A stretch of DNA of 20,000 bases from an uncultured virus (IMG/VR IMGVR_UViG_2867919565_000004) (taxonomy: Duplodnaviria; Heunggongvirae; Uroviricota; Caudoviricetes). The translations under genes were made by a program, and so were the position numbers. Every line of letters starts with the position of its first letter. Position 1 is the stretch's first letter. Where the stretch lies: the IMG/VR virus record IMGVR_UViG_2867919565_000004, positions 108,069 to 128,068 of that record; one strand, given 5' to 3'. The notes under the pieces are model-generated. The model had not been told where the DNA came from and did no database searches. It saw nothing but the letters and a program-made list of their open reading frames with translations. Positions 13,435 through 20,000 of this stretch are shown here, piece by piece.

Positions 13435-15993
13435 ATGGGATTTAAATATTATGACAAGAAAACAGAGCAGTATGTACCCATGTCGATTGAATTACTCAAA
13501 TCTGATGGGGTGTCGTTCACTGCTCCTGAAATCAAAAAAGCTTTTGATGCTGCTTCTAAAGACATCACTAACGTAATAAGCACAGTTAATACTGGCTTAA
13601 CAGATATCACAAACACAATTGGAGACATCTCAAAAATCCCTGCATCCGGTGCAACAATTGTTGATAAAGTCTTAAATGAATTTATCAGACGAAGTGTCAA
13701 TGTTCAGGATTTTGGAGCTAAGGGTGATGGTGTTACTGATGACACTGAAGCTTTCAAAGCTGCCTTTGCAAGTGGGAAACGAGAGGTTTTTGTTCCGGCA
13801 GGGATTTACATGGTTCAAGGATTGCACATCCCCTCTTATGTCAGACTTTATGGTGTTGGATCAGGGTCTGTTATCAAACTTCACCCAACTGCTGCTGGAA
13901 CATCTTGTGTATTAACCAATAGTGACTACACAAACGGAAACGAATATATCTTAATTGAAGACTTAGACCTCGATTGGAATTTAGACAAAAAGGATAACAC
14001 CATTACAAACGGCACAAATGCAAACTGTGTGGGCATTGTGAACTCTAAATTTGTTCGGGTTAGAAACGTCAATGCTCGTAATCCAGGTGTACACGGTTTT
14101 GATGTAAGCTCCCCTGTTTGGAATTCTTCTTCCGATGGAGCAGATCATTATCAGCCAAACGGAAGCAAATATGTTTGGATTGAAAATTGTACTGCAACTA
14201 ATTATGGTGATGATGGCTTCACAACTCACTATTCTGATTACATCTTCTTCACTAACTGTTACGCCTATGACGCTAATGGATCTGCACATAGTAAAGGAGC
14301 TTCAAATTCAAACGGTTTTGAAATTGATGATGGCTCTAAAAACGTATGGCTTGTGAACTGTTACAGCCGAAAAAATTGCAGGGGTTTTGAAGTCAAAGCT
14401 CACAATAGAGCACCTGCAGCAAGAAACGTAAACTTAATAAACTGCTATTCCGAAAATGATATCCGCGCTTTCGACTTTAGACATATTGGCTTCCACCTAG
14501 CCTCCGAAAAAATCTCCACAAGTGCATTTGACATAAATGTCGTTAACTGCACTGCACAACATCCTATTTTCAGTGACCTTTATCAAGGCTTAAATCCTCG
14601 CGCACTTGTTATTTCCGCTTATAGAAATGTCAACGTATCAAACTTCAATGCAATTGGTGACCCGACATATGATTACAAGAATACTACAGTTATCTCTACT
14701 CAATATAAGAGCAGAAACATCAACCTGAACAACATCACAGTTTCGGGATTTACAACAGCAAGCAACGACATCTATGTGATTGGTGGAGCTCAAAAATCAG
14801 ACAATGTTAACATCTCGAATGTAACCATTAACCAGTCTGCTTTAGTGGGTATTGCTGTTGGAAGTAAAGTTGGCTCAGTCAATATCAATAACGTTAACAT
14901 GACGGGAACAAACAAAGCAGGTTCAATTGGCGTTTATTGTACTAACTCACAGGTCAATATTAGTGCTGCGATGTGCGAACAATACGCTACTCCCAGTAAA
15001 ATTGCCGGGAAAACCTACGCATTTATCCCGAATAATTTCAAAGGTGGTACACGGATTGCGACGACTTCCGGCTACGCTAAAACAAATACTAGCGTCGTAA
15101 TGGCATCTTCAGGTGGCGGACAAGCAACTGGTGACGCTTCTGCCGTTATTGCAACAACTGGCGGTTCTAAAGCAGAAGGGCCACGTAATGCAGTTATTGC
15201 GTCCTCTGGAGGATCTAAAACAACTGCAGAAGGAAGTCGTTCATTGGTTGTTGCATCAAATAATTCTTCCATTGAAGGATCAGGATCTTCTAGGGTTGTT
15301 ATTGGATCACAATCTGTAGCAAATAGAAAAGGTTATACCACTATATGGGGATATGGAACATCAGATGCCCCTTCCACCTCGAACATTAAGATAGAACATG
15401 ATGCGATGAGAGGAAATATTGCCTTAACCGGTCAGGTTAAAGGTGCTTCAACATTTGCTGATTATGCGGAGTACTTCGAATCTGCAGATGGAAGAGCAAT
15501 TCCTACCGGATATATGGTCACACTTGATGGGGACAAAATTAAAAAAGCGAATCTCGGTGACAAGGTATTAGGGGTTATATCAGAAACAGCTGGCATTGTG
15601 CTCGGAGAGTCTTTGTTTAATTGGCAAGGAAGATACCTCAAAAATGAATTCGGCGGTCTTATTTATGAAGATGGGGATGTGACATTTGTGGATTCGGAAG
15701 GTATGCAAAGAACAGAAATAAGAAGGCTACCAAAAGAAAATCCCAACTTCAATGCCAATGAAGAATATGTTCCACGATCTGAGCGTCCTGAATGGAATAT
15801 AGTCGGTATGTTTGGACAAATTTTCGTTCGCATTGATGAAACAGTTCAAGACGGCGACAGAATTGTACCCAAAGCCGGCAAAGGATCAAAATCCTCTGAT
15901 GCTTCAGGTTATCCGGTAATGAAAATAACAACGCCTTACACAAAAGAAAGAGGATACGGTGTCGCTGTCTGCTTAATAACACCCACAGTTTAA
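13435..15993 (+). CDS. Pre-neck appendage/tailspike-like protein: pectate-lyase-like beta-helix plus Peptidase_G2 self-cleaving chaperone (phi29 gp12/YobO-like)
   Basis: VNVQDFGAKGDGVTDDTEAF beta-helix entry motif, many Asn/Cys ladder repeats, and ADYAEYFES.DG..IP.GY.VTL.G.KI and PRSERPEWN.VGM.GQI.VR motifs of Peptidase_G2. Confidence 0.88.
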   Translation: MGFKYYDKKTEQYVPMSIELLKSDGVSFTAPEIKKAFDAASKDITNVISTVNTGLTDITNTIGDISKIPASGATIVDKVLNEFIRRSVNVQDFGAKGDGVTDDTEAFKAAFASGKREVFVPAGIYMVQGLHIPSYVRLYGVGSGSVIKLHPTAAGTSCVLTNSDYTNGNEYILIEDLDLDWNLDKKDNTITNGTNANCVGIVNSKFVRVRNVNARNPGVHGFDVSSPVWNSSSDGADHYQPNGSKYVWIENCTATNYGDDGFTTHYSDYIFFTNCYAYDANGSAHSKGASNSNGFEIDDGSKNVWLVNCYSRKNCRGFEVKAHNRAPAARNVNLINCYSENDIRAFDFRHIGFHLASEKISTSAFDINVVNCTAQHPIFSDLYQGLNPRALVISAYRNVNVSNFNAIGDPTYDYKNTTVISTQYKSRNINLNNITVSGFTTASNDIYVIGGAQKSDNVNISNVTINQSALVGIAVGSKVGSVNINNVNMTGTNKAGSIGVYCTNSQVNISAAMCEQYATPSKIAGKTYAFIPNNFKGGTRIATTSGYAKTNTSVVMASSGGGQATGDASAVIATTGGSKAEGPRNAVIASSGGSKTTAEGSRSLVVASNNSSIEGSGSSRVVIGSQSVANRKGYTTIWGYGTSDAPSTSNIKIEHDAMRGNIALTGQVKGASTFADYAEYFESADGRAIPTGYMVTLDGDKIKKANLGDKVLGVISETAGIVLGESLFNWQGRYLKNEFGGLIYEDGDVTFVDSEGMQRTEIRRLPKENPNFNANEEYVPRSERPEWNIVGMFGQIFVRIDETVQDGDRIVPKAGKGSKSSDASGYPVMKITTPYTKERGYGVAVCLITPTV

Positions 15994-16096
15994 TTTAGTG
16001 TCCTCTTTAAAGGAGGTGGTTATGTTCTAGTTAAAATATAAATTTTATTCAATTTACAGCATTCAAAAACAGAGATAACAAGAGCATACGTGAGAT

Positions 16097-16133
16097 AAAG
16101 AGAGATTGGGATTTGTCCCCTTCTCTCTTTTTT
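16097..16133 (+). terminator. Long terminator-like hairpin between tail and lysis modules
   Basis: Outer stem AAAGAGAGA / TCTCTCTTT, inner stem GGGA / TCCC, followed by a T-run. Confidence 0.7.
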
Positions 16134-16167
16134 GTGCTCAAATTTAATTTTAGGAGAGATGTTCAAT

Positions 16168-17214
16168 ATGGCTATTCAAGTAAGAGAAAATCTTGTCTCA
16201 ACCAGCAAATACTCTATTAAGTGTCCGTATACGTTATCAGCCTCTTATATTACATTTCATAACACAGCAAATGATGCATCTGCAGACGCGGAAATTCGTT
16301 ACATGATTGGCAACAACAATGAAGTTTCTTACCACTTCGCAGTCGATGATGAAGAGGTTGTTCAAGGGATTCCTACAAATCGAAATGCATGGCATACAGG
16401 TGATGGATCAGGTGTGAATTCAGGAAACCGGACTTCTATTGGTGTAGAAGTTTGCTACTCTAAATCGGGCGGAGAACGCTATAGAAAAGCTGAAGCGTTG
16501 GCAATTAAGTTTATTGCACAACTCCTTAAAGAACGTGGTTGGGGCGTGGATCGAGTTAAAAAGCATCAAGACTGGTCTGGTAAGTACTGTCCGCATCGGG
16601 TTCTAGATGAAGGACGTTGGAATGCTGTTAAAGCTGCTATTGCTGCTGAATTAAAAGCACTGGATGGAAATACTTCCTCCTCATCTTCAAAGCCAACAAA
16701 AATTGTTAAAACAAATGGTTCTTATGTTAAAAACACAGTTATCGCTGACAGTCTTAATGTGAGAACCCAACGCAATGCAAACTCCTCTATTGTACTTACT
16801 CTTCCTAAAGGCTCCACTGTCCAATACCAAAAAGGATCAACTCAAAATGGTTGGGGATATATCAAATATACAAACTCCAAAGGTGCTACATACAGCGGAT
16901 ATGTAAATGTGAAATACATTAAAAGTGATGCTGAGCTTGGAAAATCAACCCCAAAGCCTAAACCCACTTCTAAGCCTTATAGCAGTGGAATCAAATCTGT
17001 AGGCAAGATTAAAGTTGTCGGAGTAAAAATCGCTGCTATCGTAATGGACAGACCTGATAAAAACAAAGCGAAGAATCTCGGCACTGTGGATCTGGGCGAT
17101 ACTGTCAGCATTTCTGGCTCAGTGAAAGGGTCAAACAATGCTAAGGGTTACTGGGAAGTTATCTACAAAGGTAAACGAGGCTACATCTCAGGACAATTTG
17201 GCTCAAAAATCTAA
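16168..17214 (+). CDS. Endolysin: N-acetylmuramoyl-L-alanine amidase (Amidase_2, CwlA-type) with two SH3b-like domains, 348 aa
   Basis: SD AGGAGAG before ATG 16168. Zn-amidase motifs FHNTAN, HFAVDD, NAWHTGDG, SIGVEVC and HQDWSGKYCP; SH3b-like LNVR...GW..I.Y...GYV and YWEVIYKGKRGYISG. Occupies the blyA position. Confidence 0.92.
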   Translation: MAIQVRENLVSTSKYSIKCPYTLSASYITFHNTANDASADAEIRYMIGNNNEVSYHFAVDDEEVVQGIPTNRNAWHTGDGSGVNSGNRTSIGVEVCYSKSGGERYRKAEALAIKFIAQLLKERGWGVDRVKKHQDWSGKYCPHRVLDEGRWNAVKAAIAAELKALDGNTSSSSSKPTKIVKTNGSYVKNTVIADSLNVRTQRNANSSIVLTLPKGSTVQYQKGSTQNGWGYIKYTNSKGATYSGYVNVKYIKSDAELGKSTPKPKPTSKPYSSGIKSVGKIKVVGVKIAAIVMDRPDKNKAKNLGTVDLGDTVSISGSVKGSNNAKGYWEVIYKGKRGYISGQFGSKI

Positions 17215-17269
17215 ATATATTTAAATACCTTTGAGAATGATTGTAGCTCAAAGTGTATAAATGATTATT

Positions 17270-17302
17270 TAGGAGGTGATGTGACATTACCTCCTATTTT
17301 TT
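17270..17302 (+). terminator. Hairpin with T-run between the endolysin and holin genes
   Basis: TAGGAGGTGAT / ATTACCTCCTA stem with a GTGAC loop, followed by TTTTTT. Confidence 0.6.
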
Positions 17303-17320
17303 ATGGAGGATGATTGCATT

Positions 17321-17692
17321 GTGGCTGAAAAAGAAAACTATGAAGTTTTAAAGACCGAGGTCGCTCATATAAAAGAACGTCTTAAAGAACAAGCAGAAGA
17401 TAGAAAAATCATGTTGGAAACACAAAAAACAACAAGTGAATCACTTATTAGGCTTACCACTGTTGTTGAAAACCAAGAAAAAAATCTTGTTGAAACAAAA
17501 AATTTGTTCACCACTGAGATAGCTGGACTAAGAAATGAATTTCAGCAAGTCAATCAGTCGCAAACAAAGTGGCTTCAAAACTTATTAGAAGGAACATTCG
17601 GCAAGACATTAAAGATTTTAGTTCTAATTATTCTCTTACTGCTTGGTGCAGAGATCGCTGGTGTTGATATCACCAAATTAGCTAATTTATAA
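17321..17692 (+). CDS. Coiled-coil protein with C-terminal TM helix; probable holin-accessory protein, 123 aa
   Basis: SD GGAGGA at 17305-17310 favours GTG 17321. Heptad-rich N-terminal part, ILVLIILLLLGA TM segment, located between endolysin and holin. Confidence 0.7.
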   Translation: MAEKENYEVLKTEVAHIKERLKEQAEDRKIMLETQKTTSESLIRLTTVVENQEKNLVETKNLFTTEIAGLRNEFQQVNQSQTKWLQNLLEGTFGKTLKILVLIILLLLGAEIAGVDITKLANL

Positions 17693-17704
17693 GGAGACGA
17701 TTTA

Positions 17705-17956
17705 ATGACTAAAATTAACTGGAAAGTAAGACTAAAAAAGAAAACATTCCTGGTTGCAATCTTCTCTGCAACTCTTTTGTTTGCACAAGCAATTGCATCT
17801 GCATTTGGATACGACATTTCTGTGTTTAGCGATGATCTTACTGAGAAATTTAATGCTTTGCTTACATTTCTAACTGCAATGGGGGTTGTAGTGGATCCAA
17901 CCACTACAGGTATCTCAGACAGCGATCAAGCCATGGAATACACAGAGCCAAAATAA
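17705..17956 (+). CDS. Holin, phiLC3 family
   Basis: KINWKVRLK.K.F N-terminus, two TM segments and GVVVDPTT.GISDS.QA..Y..PK C-terminus, all diagnostic of the family. SD AAGGAG. Confidence 0.92.
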   Translation: MTKINWKVRLKKKTFLVAIFSATLLFAQAIASAFGYDISVFSDDLTEKFNALLTFLTAMGVVVDPTTTGISDSDQAMEYTEPK

Positions 17957-17959
17957 CTT

Positions 17960-17983
17960 GGGGAGTTGATCTCCCCTTTTTTT
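17960..17983 (+). terminator. Intrinsic terminator after the holin
   Basis: GGGGAG-TTGAT-CTCCCC followed by seven T. Confidence 0.85.
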
Positions 17984-18015
17984 CATTTTCAAGAAGAAAG
18001 GAATGATTGTTGATT

Positions 18016-18297
18016 ATGCAAATAGGATCTGGATATATCGGGAGTTCAATGCTTGAGAAGTCAAAACCTAACCATGAAGTAATCCCTTCCCCACCTGCAA
18101 CCTGGACGATTAAATATTCTTTCTATAAATTCAGCTTTTCGAATGATCAGGAATGTCACGTATCAATCAATGGCGGTGATCCTATCTATTTAAGAGCTGG
18201 ACAAGGCTTTCAAATGGACGCTCATGATTCACCTATCACAAGCTTCAAGATTTCTGAGTCAGGAATAACATATAACTTTTTGGGGGCGCATAAATGA
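18016..18297 (+). CDS. Hypothetical beta-rich protein, about 93 aa
   Basis: SD AAAGGAATGA before ATG 18016 (TTG 18007 is too close to the SD). ATGA overlap with the next gene. Confidence 0.75.
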   Translation: MQIGSGYIGSSMLEKSKPNHEVIPSPPATWTIKYSFYKFSFSNDQECHVSINGGDPIYLRAGQGFQMDAHDSPITSFKISESGITYNFLGAHK

Positions 18298-18572
18298 GTT
18301 TCTTCAATCCAATGGTTAATGTCTCAATTGTCACTGGGAAGTCTGCTTATGATATTGCAGTAGACAATGGTTTTTCAGGAACTGTAGAGGAATGGTTAGC
18401 ATCATTAAAAGGTGAAAAAGGCGACACTGGAGCTACAGGTGCAACCGGGGTTAAAGGTGCTACTGGCGCTGCCGGTAAAGATGGAAAATCAGCATATGAA
18501 TTAGCCGTTCAACAAGGTTTCTCAGGAACATTAGATGAGTGGCTTGCCTCACTGAAAGCAACAGCAAACTGA
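18294..18572 (+). CDS. Mini collagen-like protein: nine Gly-X-Y triplets between two GKSAY...EWLASLK repeats
   Basis: Direct translation; ATGA coupling to the upstream gene; terminator immediately downstream. Confidence 0.85.
   Translation: MSFFNPMVNVSIVTGKSAYDIAVDNGFSGTVEEWLASLKGEKGDTGATGATGVKGATGAAGKDGKSAYELAVQQGFSGTLDEWLASLKATAN
18336..18557 (+). repeat. Two 25-aa repeats (18336-18410 and 18483-18557) flanking a collagen tract (18411-18491)
   Basis: GKSAYDIAVDNGFSGTVEEWLASLK versus GKSAYELAVQQGFSGTLDEWLASLK; GEK GDT GAT GAT GVK GAT GAA GKD GKS. Confidence 0.9.
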
Positions 18573-18577
18573 TCACG

Positions 18578-18608
18578 TACCCTTCTCTAACGAGGAGGGT
18601 ATTTTTTT
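18578..18608 (+). terminator. Intrinsic terminator after the collagen-like gene
   Basis: TACCCTTCTC-TAAC-GAGGAGGGTA followed by seven T. Confidence 0.85.
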
Positions 18609-18723
18609 CGTTTCGTTCAAAATCGAATTATTGATTTGTTTTTAATTTTCACTCAAATCCCCTTTACATTTCTTTCCTCTAATGCAACTATATAATAAAA
18701 TGAATATGAAAGGGGTTTAGGAC

Positions 18724-19884
18724 TTGAAGAGTGAAAAGGTCATTCCTTATGATTTAGTAGCAACAAAGATGAATCATTGGTATGTGGCTATTAAAAAGAA
18801 TTGGGTCGGTAGAGCAGAAGAAATGCGGAAAGAAGTTATGCAGGAAATAAAAATTATGGAAGAAAATCAAGATGTTTTACTATACTACTCCCTGCTTGAG
18901 TTTAGACATAAGTTAATGTTGGCATATATGTATCCTAATGCTATAAAAGACATTGAGAAAAATTATGGTGAGTTAAAAGCATATGAAGGCCATGAAAACT
19001 TAACAGGAATGCTCGAATATTACTATTATTTTTTCATGGGCATGTTCTATTTTAGACAAAAGGAGTTGGCTTTCTCCCTTAATCACTATAGACAAGCTGA
19101 GAGGTATTTGGATTCAATTGAGAGCGAAGATATTGAAGTTGAAAAAGCTGAATTTTATTTTAAATTGTCAGAAGTGTATTACCACATGAAACAGACTTAT
19201 TTTTCAATGAATTATGCCATGAGGGCTTACGATATATTTAAAAAGCAACCTGTTATTGACGGTAACCCTACATACGGGGTACAAAAGGTACGCTGTCAAT
19301 TCGTCATATTTGGTAATTTATTGGACAGTATGAAGTTTGATGAAGCTTTAAAGCAAGCATACAAAGCGTATCAGGAAGCAGTAGAGCTAAACAAAAGTGA
19401 AAAGAATCGTGGGCATTTGATGCGTTCAGCACTGTTTAATATTGGATTATGTTATAATCAAATGGAAGAACTTGATAAAGCATTTTTTCACTTTAATAAG
19501 TCACTTCAAATCATTGAGCCGGAAAATCATGATTACGCTGCTAAAACATTATTTGTTATCTCCTTCTTAAAGGGAAGGCAAAATGACATTGAAAACGCAA
19601 AAAGATTTTATGAACAGGCCAAACAGTTGGCTGAACGGCATAACAATGAAATGGTACTTGAAAAGTTAAAAATGGTTAAAGGACTTTTCTTGGACTATGA
19701 TTTAGACTTAGTTAGGAAAACATTCGAGTTCTTCAAAGAAAGAAGTATATACCCTGACATGGAAAGTTATGGTGTCTCTGTAGCAGATTTTCTCACTGGA
19801 AAACAGGATGCTTGGGGTGCAGTTGAATTTTATCGTTTGGCAAATGAAGCAAGAAGACAAATCAAAAGGGGAGAAGCAATATGA
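18724..19884 (+). CDS. rap: Rap-family response regulator aspartate phosphatase (TPR protein), RapI-like
   Basis: IPYDLV..K.N.WY, MEENQDVLLYYSLLEFRH, LTGMLEYYYYFF.GM, EKAEFYFK.SEVYYHMKQTYFSMNYA and C-terminal EARRQIKRGE. SD AAGGGG with TTG start; a TATAAT lies at 18691-18696. Confidence 0.93.
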   Translation: MKSEKVIPYDLVATKMNHWYVAIKKNWVGRAEEMRKEVMQEIKIMEENQDVLLYYSLLEFRHKLMLAYMYPNAIKDIEKNYGELKAYEGHENLTGMLEYYYYFFMGMFYFRQKELAFSLNHYRQAERYLDSIESEDIEVEKAEFYFKLSEVYYHMKQTYFSMNYAMRAYDIFKKQPVIDGNPTYGVQKVRCQFVIFGNLLDSMKFDEALKQAYKAYQEAVELNKSEKNRGHLMRSALFNIGLCYNQMEELDKAFFHFNKSLQIIEPENHDYAAKTLFVISFLKGRQNDIENAKRFYEQAKQLAERHNNEMVLEKLKMVKGLFLDYDLDLVRKTFEFFKERSIYPDMESYGVSVADFLTGKQDAWGAVEFYRLANEARRQIKRGEAI

Positions 19885-20000
19885 AAACTAAGCTATTTAT
19901 TTGTGCAGTTCTATTATTCGGCGTTGCCGGAACAGTGGGTGCTTCCTATCTCCAACAACAAAATGATACGTTCAAGGTTGCTGAAAGAGCCGAAACGTGA
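19881..20000 (+). CDS. phr: Phr signalling peptide precursor, 39 aa (MKTKLFICAVLLFGVAGTVGASYLQQQNDTFKVAERAET)
   Basis: ATGA overlap with the rap stop, SD AAGGGGAG, basic N-terminus plus hydrophobic signal peptide, C-terminal pentapeptide with Arg at position 2, TGA at 19998-20000. Absent from the ORF track. Confidence 0.9.
   Translation: MKTKLFICAVLLFGVAGTVGASYLQQQNDTFKVAERAET

Noticed and set aside
16132..16167. Endolysin start at TTG 16132
   Set aside because: It sits in the terminator T-run; ATG 16168 has an SD and a CwlA-like N-terminus.
18278..18297. Slippery-like T TTG GGG that could fuse the 93-aa gene to the collagen-like gene by -1 frameshift
   Set aside because: The -1 frame hits TAA at 18291-18293 immediately before the downstream ATG, so no fusion results.
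18663..18696. TTTACA / TATAAT as a SigA promoter for rap
   Set aside because: The 22-nt spacer is too long; only the -10 hexamer is credible.
19803..19830. Possible internal SigH promoter for phr (AGGA...GAAT)
   Set aside because: Spacing is 16 nt rather than the usual 17-18 and the bases after AGGA fit poorly; not supportable without transcript mapping.
19881..20000. Arbitrium AimR/AimP interpretation of the TPR protein and peptide
   Set aside because: The protein has the Rap three-helix N-terminus with EENQD rather than an HTH, and the peptide has the Phr pattern rather than an AimP-type hexapeptide ending in RGA or similar.

Overview
This window is part of an SPbeta-like temperate phage or prophage of a Bacillus subtilis-group host, with almost all genes on the + strand. 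It opens with a small accessory cluster: a partial minus-strand gene, a 52-aa ORF, a 2-TM protein and a YomJ-like membrane protein with its own promoter and terminator. The tail module follows: CwlP/YomI-like tape measure protein with SLT and M23 domains, YomH-like distal tail protein, YomG-like tail protein carrying an extra GH113-like TIM barrel, YomF-like protein, and a phi29 gp12/YobO-like beta-helix appendage with a Peptidase_G2 chaperone. The lysis cassette is non-canonical: a CwlA-type amidase with two SH3b domains, a coiled-coil/TM protein and a phiLC3-type holin. A two-gene unit including a mini collagen-like protein comes next. The window ends with a RapI-like phosphatase and an overlapping, unannotated 39-aa Phr precursor (predicted signal ERAET). 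Family and gene assignments come from motif recognition and recalled reference proteins; no database searches were run.
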